Shown here in pieces: positions 26,736-36,227 of a stretch of DNA of 64,000 bases; position 1 is the stretch's first letter, and every line of letters begins with the position of its first letter. The notes beneath the pieces are model-generated. The model had not been told where the DNA came from and did not search any database. It was given only the letters and a program-made list of their open reading frames with translations. The stretch is from Candidatus Zhuqueibacterota bacterium (GTDB lineage Bacteria > Electryoneota > RPQS01), in assembly GCA_016214895.1 (NCBI GenBank), contig JACRMR010000002.1:1-64000 (forward strand), read 5' to 3'. The translations under genes were made by a program, and so were the position numbers.

Positions 26736-28670
26736 CTACTGCCCAAACAGCGGCAGGAGCTGATCCCGCAGTCTGCGCGCCTCGGACAGGCCCGGATCGA
26801 GCACCAAAGCGCGATCGAGATGGGCGATGGCTTCGCCCTGGAAATTCATCCGGCCCAACGCGATCGCGAGATTGTAATGAGCGACCGGCGTTGGCTCGTA
26901 GAATATGCACGAATCGAGATAGGCCGCGCCCAACGAGTCCGCGCCCAACTTCAAATAACGAATTCCGACGCGGAAATTCAGCCCCGCGAGATTGTGCCTT
27001 GCATCCAGCGCCAACGGCCGCTCCTGAATCGCGCGGCGATAGCTCGCGAACGCGCCCGCCGTATCGCCCAACATCTCCTGCACGGTGCCGAGGTTGTTCC
27101 ACGCTTGCGGATTGTGCGGATCGTAGCGCAATGATGTTTCATACCAGTAGCGCGCGCTGTCCAGCCGCTGCTTGCGGTAGAACACCACACCGAGGTTGAG
27201 CGCGTCGCGGGCCGGTTGTTCGCCGTCGCGGAGTCCGTCGCTGAAACAGACCCGTGCCGAATCGAGCTGATTCAGTTTCAGGTATGCATTTCCTTCCATG
27301 CTCCGCGCCCAGCCCTCCGGGGCTTCGCGCAACTGCCAGAGGTTCAGATAGGCCAATGCGCAGCCCGGGATCAGCAAGGTGAGCGGCAGCAACCTGCGAG
27401 TCCGGCCCCCGCGAATCACCGAAACCGACCAGGCGACGCCAATGCCCGATAGCCAACAAAGCCACGGGACGGCGGGCAATCGAAAGCGACTGGTCACAAA
27501 GAACAAGATCACGCTCACCGCGTAGGCGGCAACCATCCCGACCAGCAACCGTGTCCCAGCCTCACGCCGAGTGACCCAGCCCCCCAGCAGACTCAGCGGC
27601 ACGAGCACCCCGAAGTTCAGGTAAATCAGCCACGGAAGCCAGGGACTCAGAGCGCTGAAATGAAGGATATGTTTGTTGTTCGAAATCTCAAACCGGTTGC
27701 AAAACAGAGCCGTCTTGTGTATCATAAAGCGGAAGCTGTCCCACGGATGCGAAAGCAGGAAGCGCCACGCCTTGTCCGCATAGAAATCGGAAAGTTCGCC
27801 GCTGCGGAGTTGTCGCCCGGTTTCGCGCTCGGCTTGCAGCTCGGCATCCTGCATGGTCCAGGTACTGCCGTATCCCGGGAGCACGGAGAGAATCCCGGTG
27901 GATTCGGGATTGTTACCGATCCAGAGATTGACTCCCCCCTGCGTGGCAATCAGCACGAACTCGTGGCCGCGCACGTAATTCGCCGCGGTTACGGGTACGA
28001 TCGGTAGCGCGAGGCCGACCAGCCACACTCCGAGCAGCTTGAGCGGCGCGTTCGACCGCCGCATCCAGTAGGCCGCTGCGAGCAGCGCCAGAGGAGCGAC
28101 CATTAAGAAATTCGGTCGCAGAATTGCCGCCGCGCCCCAGACCAGCCCGCACAGCAGGAGCGACGCCGGAGTCGAATCGCGACTCAGCCGCAGTGTGGCC
28201 CAGGCCACCAACGTGGCCGCGAGAATCTCCGCACTGACGGAGAGCAGCTCGCCGCCGTAGAAGATGCAAGTGCCGTTCAGCGCGAGCAGCGCCGCCGCCA
28301 CGATGGCCGCGATGCTGCCGAAGTACGACTTTCCCGCGCGGAACACTGCCCACACCGCCGCCCCTTGCAGCAGCACATTCAGCATCCGCGCCGCGACCAG
28401 ATCGCGCCCGAAGACCGCATAGACCCCGGCCAGCAGGGTAGGGTAGAGTGGAGCACGAAACAGCGGAAACGGCCCCCATTCACCGCGGGTGATTCGTTGC
28501 GCCGCCTCGTCGTACCACTGCGGATCTACCGCCGGGACCCAAAACGTCGGGTTCGTGTGGCTATTCCAGATGTGCAGGACACGCAGCAGCACGGCCAGCC
28601 CAACTAATAGCACCGGCCAGCCGTGCCACTCCGCCCAACGGGGTCCCTGTACTGTCGCATCGGCACTCAT
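26736..28670 (-). CDS. GT39/PMT-family (ArnT-like) membrane glycosyltransferase with C-terminal TPR repeats (644 aa)
   Basis: N-terminal membrane domain with the PMT_2-type pattern. C-terminal TPR-like repeats (AWNNLGTVQEMLGDTAGAFASYRRAIQ...). Confidence 0.8.
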   Translation of the reverse strand: MSADATVQGPRWAEWHGWPVLLVGLAVLLRVLHIWNSHTNPTFWVPAVDPQWYDEAAQRITRGEWGPFPLFRAPLYPTLLAGVYAVFGRDLVAARMLNVLLQGAAVWAVFRAGKSYFGSIAAIVAAALLALNGTCIFYGGELLSVSAEILAATLVAWATLRLSRDSTPASLLLCGLVWGAAAILRPNFLMVAPLALLAAAYWMRRSNAPLKLLGVWLVGLALPIVPVTAANYVRGHEFVLIATQGGVNLWIGNNPESTGILSVLPGYGSTWTMQDAELQAERETGRQLRSGELSDFYADKAWRFLLSHPWDSFRFMIHKTALFCNRFEISNNKHILHFSALSPWLPWLIYLNFGVLVPLSLLGGWVTRREAGTRLLVGMVAAYAVSVILFFVTSRFRLPAVPWLCWLSGIGVAWSVSVIRGGRTRRLLPLTLLIPGCALAYLNLWQLREAPEGWARSMEGNAYLKLNQLDSARVCFSDGLRDGEQPARDALNLGVVFYRKQRLDSARYWYETSLRYDPHNPQAWNNLGTVQEMLGDTAGAFASYRRAIQERPLALDARHNLAGLNFRVGIRYLKLGADSLGAAYLDSCIFYEPTPVAHYNLAIALGRMNFQGEAIAHLDRALVLDPGLSEARRLRDQLLPLFGQ

Positions 28671-28739
28671 CTTGCACGCACAATATAACTATCCGTCTTC
28701 AATTCTGCCAATCCCGTTCGCCACAAGCCGGAGGAACCG

Positions 28740-31700
28740 ATGAACCGCCTACTCAAACTACTCACGTGCACTGCGTGTGCGCTCGCCGTCCTGATCGGAC
28801 CGGGTGGACTGTCGCAGGCCGCGGAGCACTCGCCGACGCTTGACGAAACCATACAAACCACGCCCGCCGGGAAACTGATCCCCGTGGTGCTCGTACTGGA
28901 CAGCCGGGTCAGCATGGACGAGGTGTATCCGAATGCGCTCGCCCTCGCGATGGACGCCCGCCGCGACTATGTGATCCGCACGCTTAAAGAGCGCTTTGCC
29001 ATGATGAGTGAAAGCGTGTGGCCGTACCTCGCCGATGAGAAGAAAGCCGGTCGCGTTTCATTGCTGCGACCACTCTGGGTCGTGAACTCGATCCGGGTCG
29101 TGCTCGATCCTGCGCTGATCGCTGACATCGACAGCAAGTTTCCCGAAGTCGTGTACATCCTGAGCGATCAGCGGTACGACAACACGCTCGATGCGGCGGG
29201 CTGGGGATTGCTCGACATCGAAGCGCCGCGCTGTTGGGAGGAGGTTGAAGCGAACGGCAGCGGCGTGATTCTCGGCCACAAGGACTCCGGTTGTAATACC
29301 GCGCTGCCCGCATTCGCCAATAATTTGTGGGTGAATCCCGGCGAGGACCTGAATGGCAACGGCCATGTGGACACGATCGAACAAAACGAAATCGATGATG
29401 ACGGCAACGGATATGTGGACGACTTCTACGGCTGGAACTTCGAGGACGACAACGCATACTTGTATCCCACGGATGGCAGCGGCCACGGAAATCTGACTGC
29501 GTCGGTGATCGCCTCCGCGCTCGGCACGGCGACCAATCCGTGTGACACCTCCGCCGTCGCACCGGGAGTGAAGCTGATGATCCTGAAGAGTTACACTTCG
29601 CAGAGTTCTGTCTGGGAAGCGAGTCAGTATGCGATTGACCATGGTGCGATGGTCATCTCCGCGAGTTTGAGCTTCAAACTCTCCGATTGCGGAGATACCG
29701 TGCGCGATTGCCCGAATCTGGTCATGCATCGCCGGGTCAGCGAGATGGAACTTGCGGCGGGCATCATTCACGCGAATTCCACGGGAAACTACGGGCTGTC
29801 GAATCCGGTTCCCATGTCATGTTCAGCCCCTTCGACCTGCCCGCCGCCGGCGATGACCGACGGTCACGAACAGCAGGGCGGAGTCAGCTCGATCGTCGCG
29901 GTTTCCGCCTACCTCTCCGGGCATGTCCATTTCTCACAGTCCGGTCACGGTCCGGGCGGCTGGTCGCGCGATGACATCTGCTTCACCGCGGGGAGCCCGA
30001 TCTCACGTATGCCATTCTGCGGACCCGCCGGTAGCAGCAACGCATATCCGGCCGAATACGAGGACTATCCGTGGCAGGACGGAGCATTCCCGGGATTGGC
30101 AAAGCCTGATGTGACCGCGCCGACGGTGGTTAGTGCGGTTGATCGCGGCGGCTTCTGCTCGAGCATTAACGGCACCAGCGGCGCGACTCCGCATGTCGGC
30201 GCGGCACTCGCCTTGATCTACTCGGCCTTTCCGGGGATTACGCCGGAAGACTGCTACCGCTACCTGATCGCCGGAATTCAAGATCAAGGCGAGGCGGGCT
30301 GGGATTCCCTGTGGGGATTCGGAATGGTGCGGCCGTATGCCGCGATTCTCGAAGGTCGCGGCCTGCGCGGGACCATCGCCGGAACCGCGGCGATCGGCCA
30401 ATCACCGGTCGAGGGTGTGCGCGTCTCCGTCGCCGGGAATCAGCCGGTCTATTCGAATAGCAACGGAGTGTTCCGGCTCGTTGTCGCGGCGGGCGACTAC
30501 GACGTGCTGTTCGAGCGGTACGGCTATCTCGACATTCATTTGAATCGTCACGTCACCGCGCAGGGAACGGTGAATGCCGACGTGGAATTGCAGGTTGCGC
30601 CGCAGACCACGCTGGCGGTCTCCGTCGTGAATTATGCGGGAGCCCCGCTCGCCGACATGCCCGTCTGGATTCCTGAGATCGAGCGCTCGGGGATAACCGA
30701 TGTGAATGGATACGCGACCTTCAACGACATCTACGCCGGGGCCTACGACGTGCACTGCGGGGCCTTGCCGTGGGCTGAACACGTCGTGAACGCGGACGTC
30801 CACAGCGACCCATTGACGGTCACCGCTACGTTGAACTACTCGCCGCAGGCCACGGTCAGCGGACCGGATGAGTACGGATACTACATCTACGACAACTATG
30901 ATTCGCCCCAGGCCGCGTTCGAGTGGGTGGAAATCAATCCGAATGCCGGCGGATTGAACGGAGAGTGCCTGAATATCACCGGCGACAATTGCGCCCCGCG
31001 CACACTGCCGTTCGACTTCCAATTCTACGGAGTAAGCACTACGTCCGTGCGAATTCACGCGAACGGTTTTGTCCTGTTCGGCACGACGTGTTCGCAAGAC
31101 TGGGGTTCGAATCCGATTCCGCGCGTCGAAGCGCCGAATGGTTACGTCGCGCCGATGTTCACGGACTGGATGCCGACCGCCGCGTCGTGCGTCTATTACC
31201 TGGCCGACAATGCCAACCACCGCGTCATCGTCGAGTGGTACAATGTAATCGAGTATTACGAGACCGGTCCGGCGCGCTTCGAGATCATTCTCTACGATCC
31301 GCAATTCATGCCGACGCCCAGCGGTGACGGCGCGATGAAGATGCAGTATGATGGGTGGGAGGGCCGCTACGAGGGATCGGTCGGCGTCGAAAACCCGACC
31401 GGAACCGACGGATTGCAGTATTACTTCCAGGGCTATTATGAACCGCACGCCGCGCCGATCGTGCCCGGCCGGGCGCTGCTCGTCACCACCGACCCGAACC
31501 TCTCCGCGGCCGACGAGGCGCGTCCAACTTCGCCGCAGCAGTTCCTGCTGTCGCAAAACTATCCCAATCCGTTCAATCCGTCCACGACCTTTGCGATCAC
31601 CGTGCCGCATCGGGCGCAGGTCCGCCTGACCTTGTTTGACGTGCTTGGTCGCGAAGCCGCCGTGTTACTTGACGGAGTTCGCGAACCCGGCGTACACTCG

Positions 31701-31802
31701 GTCACGTTCAACGCCACCGGACTCAGCAGCGGCATCTACTTCGCCCGCCTCGAATCCGGAGGCGCGATCTACACCGTGCGCAAGATCATGCTGCTGAAGT
31801 GA
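28740..31802 (+). CDS. S8-family subtilisin-like serine peptidase with T9SS C-terminal sorting domain (1020 aa)
   Basis: SD GGAGG 7 nt upstream. Signal peptide. Catalytic triad motifs HKDSG (Asp), GSGHGN (His), GTSGATPHVGAALALI (Ser). C-terminal CTD QNYPNPFNPSTTFAITVP...LFDVLGREAAVL...SGIYFARLESGGAIYTVRKIMLLK. Confidence 0.9.
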   Translation: MNRLLKLLTCTACALAVLIGPGGLSQAAEHSPTLDETIQTTPAGKLIPVVLVLDSRVSMDEVYPNALALAMDARRDYVIRTLKERFAMMSESVWPYLADEKKAGRVSLLRPLWVVNSIRVVLDPALIADIDSKFPEVVYILSDQRYDNTLDAAGWGLLDIEAPRCWEEVEANGSGVILGHKDSGCNTALPAFANNLWVNPGEDLNGNGHVDTIEQNEIDDDGNGYVDDFYGWNFEDDNAYLYPTDGSGHGNLTASVIASALGTATNPCDTSAVAPGVKLMILKSYTSQSSVWEASQYAIDHGAMVISASLSFKLSDCGDTVRDCPNLVMHRRVSEMELAAGIIHANSTGNYGLSNPVPMSCSAPSTCPPPAMTDGHEQQGGVSSIVAVSAYLSGHVHFSQSGHGPGGWSRDDICFTAGSPISRMPFCGPAGSSNAYPAEYEDYPWQDGAFPGLAKPDVTAPTVVSAVDRGGFCSSINGTSGATPHVGAALALIYSAFPGITPEDCYRYLIAGIQDQGEAGWDSLWGFGMVRPYAAILEGRGLRGTIAGTAAIGQSPVEGVRVSVAGNQPVYSNSNGVFRLVVAAGDYDVLFERYGYLDIHLNRHVTAQGTVNADVELQVAPQTTLAVSVVNYAGAPLADMPVWIPEIERSGITDVNGYATFNDIYAGAYDVHCGALPWAEHVVNADVHSDPLTVTATLNYSPQATVSGPDEYGYYIYDNYDSPQAAFEWVEINPNAGGLNGECLNITGDNCAPRTLPFDFQFYGVSTTSVRIHANGFVLFGTTCSQDWGSNPIPRVEAPNGYVAPMFTDWMPTAASCVYYLADNANHRVIVEWYNVIEYYETGPARFEIILYDPQFMPTPSGDGAMKMQYDGWEGRYEGSVGVENPTGTDGLQYYFQGYYEPHAAPIVPGRALLVTTDPNLSAADEARPTSPQQFLLSQNYPNPFNPSTTFAITVPHRAQVRLTLFDVLGREAAVLLDGVREPGVHSVTFNATGLSSGIYFARLESGGAIYTVRKIMLLK

Positions 31803-31822
31803 TTTGAAAACACCGGCAAACG

Positions 31823-31857
31823 AAAGCCCGATGTCGCAGCATCGGGCTTTTCTCGTT
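31823..31857. terminator. terminator hairpin (AAAGCCCGAT-N8-ATCGGGCTTT + TTCTCGTT), probably bidirectional between convergent genes
   Basis: 10-bp perfect stem with T-rich flanks on both strands. Confidence 0.6.
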
Positions 31858-31897
31858 GTGCCGGGGACTTCCAGGCTCACCGGCATACTCAAGGACG

Positions 31898-32332
31898 CTA
31901 CAGAATATCGTGGCGATCCGCCATCGGCGTGGCTTCCTTGGAAGCACCCCAGGCTTGCTCGATGGCGGGCTGCAGCGAGTCGATGGCCTGCTTCAATTGA
32001 TCCAGCGTAAACGGTTTTTCCATGTAGATATCGGGCCGCACGGCCTCCATGTTCAGAACCGCTTTCAGGTGCATTAAGCCGGTCACCAGTATCACAGGAA
32101 TGTCGGGATTCATCGACTTGATGTCCGCCAATAACATCAGCCCATTCCGGTTCGGCATGTGAATGTCGGAAACCACCAGATCGGGATGATGCTCACGGAA
32201 GGCGGCAAATCCTTCGTCACCATCCTGTGCCGTGATCGTCTCGAACCCAAATTGCTGAATTGCCGTCTTCATCAGCATCAGAAAACTGCTATCGTCGTCC
32301 ACGAGCAAGCACTTGTGAGTCGTTGCGGGCAT
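31898..32332 (-). CDS. stand-alone CheY-like response-regulator receiver protein (144 aa)
   Basis: LLVDDDSSFLMLMK...VVSDIHMPNRNGLMLLADIK...PVILVTGL. REC domain with the conserved Asp pocket and no output domain. Confidence 0.85.
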   Translation of the reverse strand: MPATTHKCLLVDDDSSFLMLMKTAIQQFGFETITAQDGDEGFAAFREHHPDLVVSDIHMPNRNGLMLLADIKSMNPDIPVILVTGLMHLKAVLNMEAVRPDIYMEKPFTLDQLKQAIDSLQPAIEQAWGASKEATPMADRHDIL

Positions 32333-32465
32333 GTTTCAATCTCGATTCATGAGTAGGCTGTTGCCTCAGGAATCGGCAAACGATATGCCCAACTTCCGGC
32401 GCCATTCGTCCCGCCCTTCCGTTGCGATTCGTCAACCTGCAATCCGGGGCCGAGATTAGTAGCGA

Positions 32466-32596
32466 CCCCCCCCGGCCCCCCACAGGATGTGGGGGGAGGG
32501 CGGAGGCCGATTCCGGCGGGGTCCAGCGGATGCGCGAAGCCGCGCCCCCCCCGGCCCCCCACAGGATGTGGGGGGAGAGCGGAGGCCGATTCCGGC
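32466..32596. repeat. two tandem copies (period 79 bp) of a G/C-rich ~52-bp element containing the hairpin CCCCCCACAGG-a-TGTGGGGGG
   Basis: Copy 1 32466-32517, copy 2 32545-32596. Sequence ccccccccggccccccacaggatgtggggggag(g/a)gcggaggccgattccggc. Lies between the rtcB stop and the response-regulator start on the minus strand. Confidence 0.65.
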
Positions 32597-32635
32597 CGCG
32601 CGGGGACGCACGGCTCGGCGGGCGGGAATCGCGTG

Positions 32636-34090
32636 CTATCCCTTGATCCCGCCGACCGGACGCAGCTTCGCCACGGGTCGCGCCAGACCAACTCCGGCGG
32701 CGACCGCCACAACATCATCCACGTTCTTGTAAACTTCCGGTTGTTCTTCAGCCAGTGTTGACCCGGTACGTGCCTGCACGATGATCCCGCGGGCCGCCAG
32801 TTGTTCCCGCACCTCGTTGGAGCGCCGCAGCTTCAGTCCGGCATTACGCGACATCAGCCGACCCGCGCCGTGCGGCGCGGAGCCGAAGGATTCCGTCAAC
32901 GCGTTCGGTTCGCCGACCAACACCCAGGATGCGCGGCCCATGTCGCCCGGAATCAGCACCGGCTGACCGACTTGCCGGTACGCGAGCGGCACGAGCGGAT
33001 GCCCGGCCGGGAGTGAACGCGTCGCACCTTTACGATGCACGCACACGCGGGCTTCGTCGCCGGCGACGAGGTGTTGCTCGAACTTGGCAATGTTGTGACA
33101 GACGTCGTACACCAGGCCGAAGCCGCAGTCTTCAATGCGTCGTTTCATAATTTCCGCGAAGACCTGCATCCAGTGCCAGCGCATGGTCAACCGATTCACC
33201 CACGCGAAGTTCGCCGCGCATTTCATTGCCGCAAAATACCGTTGGCCCTCCTTGCTGGTGAGCGGAGCACAGGCTAACTGCCGATCGGGCAATTCAATCC
33301 CGAACTTGCTGGCCGCTCTGTCCATCACGGGCAGGAAATCCGTGCAGACCTGATAACCGAAGCCGCGCGAACCTGAATGCACCATGCAACAAACCTGGCC
33401 CGGAAACAGTCCGAATACTTGAGCGACGCGCTCGTCGTGAATCTCCTCAACCACCTGGACCTCGACAAAGTGGTTGCCCGCGCCCAGCGTGCCGAGCTGC
33501 TCGAAGCCGCGTTCCCGCGCGCGCGCCGAGATTTCGCCGGGGTCGGCTCCGGCGAGCGCCCCTTGCTCTTCCATGTGCAGCGGATCATCCGCCCCGCACA
33601 CCCCTCGCCGGACGGCAAACTGAGCGCCGGTCAGCAAGACCTGCTCGAATTCCGGCTTTGTCACCCGCAGCCCGCCCTTGGATCCCACGCCCGTCGGAAT
33701 CCGCGCGAACATCGTGTTGATCAACCGCTCCAGCGGCCCCTGTACTTCCTGCCAGTGCACCGCGGTTCGCGTAAGATTCACTCCGCAGTTGATGTCGTAG
33801 CCCACGCCGCCCGGAGAGATCACGCCCTCGGTGGCATGGAAGGCCGCAACACCCCCGATCGGGAATCCATACCCCCAATGCATGTCCGGCATCGCTAGGC
33901 TGCACCCGACGATGCCCGGCAGAGTGGCGACATTCGCCACTTGGGTCGGCGACATGTCGGCCCGGAGCTGGCCGAACAGAGAATCGTTCAGGAACATGAT
34001 CCCGTCCGTCCGCATGTCAGCGCGGCTTTCCTGCGGAATTCGGTAGCGGAACGGCCCGGCGCGCTCGATGGTTGCTTGTGGTTGTGCCAT
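32636..34090 (-). CDS. rtcB: RNA-splicing ligase RtcB (484 aa)
   Basis: Conserved RtcB motifs (GYDINCG, GNHF, SAPHGAGR) and full-length co-linearity. Confidence 0.95.
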   Translation of the reverse strand: MAQPQATIERAGPFRYRIPQESRADMRTDGIMFLNDSLFGQLRADMSPTQVANVATLPGIVGCSLAMPDMHWGYGFPIGGVAAFHATEGVISPGGVGYDINCGVNLTRTAVHWQEVQGPLERLINTMFARIPTGVGSKGGLRVTKPEFEQVLLTGAQFAVRRGVCGADDPLHMEEQGALAGADPGEISARARERGFEQLGTLGAGNHFVEVQVVEEIHDERVAQVFGLFPGQVCCMVHSGSRGFGYQVCTDFLPVMDRAASKFGIELPDRQLACAPLTSKEGQRYFAAMKCAANFAWVNRLTMRWHWMQVFAEIMKRRIEDCGFGLVYDVCHNIAKFEQHLVAGDEARVCVHRKGATRSLPAGHPLVPLAYRQVGQPVLIPGDMGRASWVLVGEPNALTESFGSAPHGAGRLMSRNAGLKLRRSNEVREQLAARGIIVQARTGSTLAEEQPEVYKNVDDVVAVAAGVGLARPVAKLRPVGGIKG

Positions 34091-34524
34091 TAGAGATCGC
34101 AGACAAAGTAAATCTTTACCATCCCCGTCTCCTTAGTAACGCGGAAGCCGTGGTACGTGACCGCTTTGACGTCGTATTTCAACTCGTGGCGCGTCGGGTC
34201 GAGGGGTTCGCCACCCAGAACTACCTGTAATTCGTTACAATCTTTAGAGTTACAATTTGTCATGTATTTTACCGAGCATGGCAACCAGCGTCTCGCAGAT
34301 ATAAGATAAATAATTTCATTAAGATAGGCGATCATCCGCCGATCTACATCTTCGTCAGCTATCCACAACGGAAACTGTTCTCGCTCTTCAATCGTATCAA
34401 GCGGAACCAACTGAGCCACCAGTCCAAGAGAGGCATTGGCCAGTGCCTCCAATTCGTCGGCGCCCCAAGCCTCAACTGCGAGGTCGCCGGAGTGGTCAAC
34501 TGCCCGGAATCGTTTGTCGATCAT
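34090..34524 (-). CDS. archease (RtcB activator), 144 aa
   Basis: Archease signature RAVDHSGDLAVEAWGADELEALANASLGL. Stop overlaps the rtcB start (TAATG), giving the canonical archease-rtcB pair. Confidence 0.8.
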   Translation of the reverse strand: MIDKRFRAVDHSGDLAVEAWGADELEALANASLGLVAQLVPLDTIEEREQFPLWIADEDVDRRMIAYLNEIIYLISARRWLPCSVKYMTNCNSKDCNELQVVLGGEPLDPTRHELKYDVKAVTYHGFRVTKETGMVKIYFVCDL

Positions 34525-34707
34525 GGACTTGGGTATTTCTGTGGATATGTGGATAACTCCAATATTTACGGAACCTTTACAATCCGCTGCGCGTTACATT
34601 TCGTAACCCGTTTGAGCAAAATAGTACATGCGATTCCCGCTGCGCAAGCCCTTGAGTTGACATAAAGATAGTCACTTTCTGCGATGGAAAAAAGTGGGGA
34701 AAAGGCA

Positions 34708-34736
34708 TTGACAATCCTCGCAGAATTCACTATAAT
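34708..34736 (+). promoter_or_regulatory. consensus sigma70 promoter TTGACA-17-TATAAT for the downstream OMP gene
   Basis: Perfect -35 and -10 hexamers with 17-nt spacer. SD GGAGAAGG before the ATG at 34779. Confidence 0.65.
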
Positions 34737-34778
34737 ACCTGCCGATTTTCCCCAACCAACACCGGAGAAGGAACCCCT

Positions 34779-35951
34779 ATGCTGAGTTTTAAGAAGTTTT
34801 TCGCAATTCTCGTCATCTGCGCTGTAATGATCCCGATGGTCGCCAGCGCAACGGTCACCCGCATGGTCGGCCTAGGCGGCGGCGATGTCACCTACATCAC
34901 CAAGGACCAGTCCAACTCGAATGTCTGGCCGCAGCTCGTCAAGAAGTACGGCAATCGCGCCGGGGCCGAATTCGCCGGCAACTCGGTCACCTGGGATGCC
35001 AATGCCGTCTGGGCTACCTATGACTTCGGCGATGAGAAGTCGGTCCTCTACTTCGGTCTGAACAAGTATCAGGTCACGAAGTACACCGAGATGCCCGATG
35101 CCGTCAATGACGGACCCGGGATCAACAACGCGCTGTCGATCAAGTACGGTCGTCCGCTGGGCGAGAACATGCTGATCGGCGCGGGCCTGTCCTACGCGAG
35201 CGAAGGCTTCACGCAGAAGGCTACGGCTGGCGAGACGAACACCAATGCCAGTGACTTCGGCCTTGATCTCGGTGTTTCCTGCATCAAGAACAACTGGGAC
35301 CTCGTGGTGGGCTTCGACATGGCTTCGTTCACGGATGAAGCCGGCGGCACCAAGCTCAGCGAGCCGAACGGCATGATGGGGATCCACCTTGATGGCCGCT
35401 GGTGGTACAACTACTCCGACAACGCGTCGCTCATTCCGAACCTCCGCTTCAGCACCCTGTCCGACGGGATGAAGGCGTCTGGTGGCTTCGAGCGTACGCA
35501 CAAGACCACGGCGTTCTCCTTCGGTGCCGGTCACAACTGGTGGCCTGCCGACAATGCGCTCGTGATTTTCGACTTTGGTTTCGCGATGCGCTCGACCGCG
35601 CATGAGTTCAAGCCGGCGACGACCCCGTCCAGCGATTCAACTGACTCGTGGAGCGCTATGCCTTACTGGCGCGTGGGCGCCGAGACCAAGGTGTTCGGTT
35701 GGCTCGATGGCCGCATTGGTGCCGAGCGTTTCTGGGCGAGCCACACGCCGAACGGCGATCGCGACGACGAGATGACCCACAGCTACATGCAGACGAACAC
35801 CTATGTCGGCGCGACGGCGCATTGGAATCGCCTGTCGCTCGATCTGTTGGTGCATCCAGACTTCCTGATGAAGGGCCCGTACTTCGTCTCCGGCGATGCG
35901 ACCACTGAAATGTTCTCGCAGGTCTCGCTGGTTTACGACTTCAAGCAGTAA
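34779..35951 (+). CDS. hypothetical outer-membrane beta-barrel (porin-like) protein, 390 aa
   Basis: Signal peptide MLSFKKFFAILVICAVMIPMVASA. Alternating amphipathic beta-strand pattern rich in Gly/Tyr/Trp. Strong promoter and terminator flank it. Confidence 0.65.
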   Translation: MLSFKKFFAILVICAVMIPMVASATVTRMVGLGGGDVTYITKDQSNSNVWPQLVKKYGNRAGAEFAGNSVTWDANAVWATYDFGDEKSVLYFGLNKYQVTKYTEMPDAVNDGPGINNALSIKYGRPLGENMLIGAGLSYASEGFTQKATAGETNTNASDFGLDLGVSCIKNNWDLVVGFDMASFTDEAGGTKLSEPNGMMGIHLDGRWWYNYSDNASLIPNLRFSTLSDGMKASGGFERTHKTTAFSFGAGHNWWPADNALVIFDFGFAMRSTAHEFKPATTPSSDSTDSWSAMPYWRVGAETKVFGWLDGRIGAERFWASHTPNGDRDDEMTHSYMQTNTYVGATAHWNRLSLDLLVHPDFLMKGPYFVSGDATTEMFSQVSLVYDFKQ

Positions 35952-35974
35952 GCTCGCGTAGTTGGCAGTTCTCA

Positions 35975-36010
35975 GCCGGCTCACGGGTTCCCGTGAGCCG
36001 GTTTTGTTAT
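35975..36010 (+). terminator. rho-independent terminator (CCGGCTCACGGG/CCCGTGAGCCGG + TTTTGTTAT)
   Basis: 11-12-bp GC-rich stem followed by a T-tract, 24 nt after the stop codon. Confidence 0.7.
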
Positions 36011-36174
36011 TCTCCCCCCCCCCGTTTACGGGAGGGCTGGGGGGGTCTCGGCTGAGCCGGGTTGTGTCGTCGCAACCCGGCCTGATTCGGAAGTAGGGTG
36101 CGTTCAGAGCGGGCGATGCAATCGGCCCCTGCACTCTCCACGGGATCTGGAACGGCTCAATAGGCGCAAAGGTA

Positions 36175-36200
36175 AGGAGCGGGGCCGAAACCCCGCTCCT
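36175..36200 (-). terminator. hairpin AGGAGCGGGG-ccgaaa-CCCCGCTCCT 28 nt downstream of the minus-strand gene 36228-38213; weak U-tract
   Basis: 10-bp perfect stem. The flanking T-tract is poor on both strands. Confidence 0.3.
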
Positions 36201-36227
36201 TGCTTTACAGCAGATTTCATCCCCCGA

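Noticed and set aside
34593-34607. GTTAC-N5-GTAAC inverted repeat upstream of the archease gene as a regulator site
   Set aside because: Only 5-bp arms. It could easily be chance in an AT-rich promoter region. Noted but not called as a feature.
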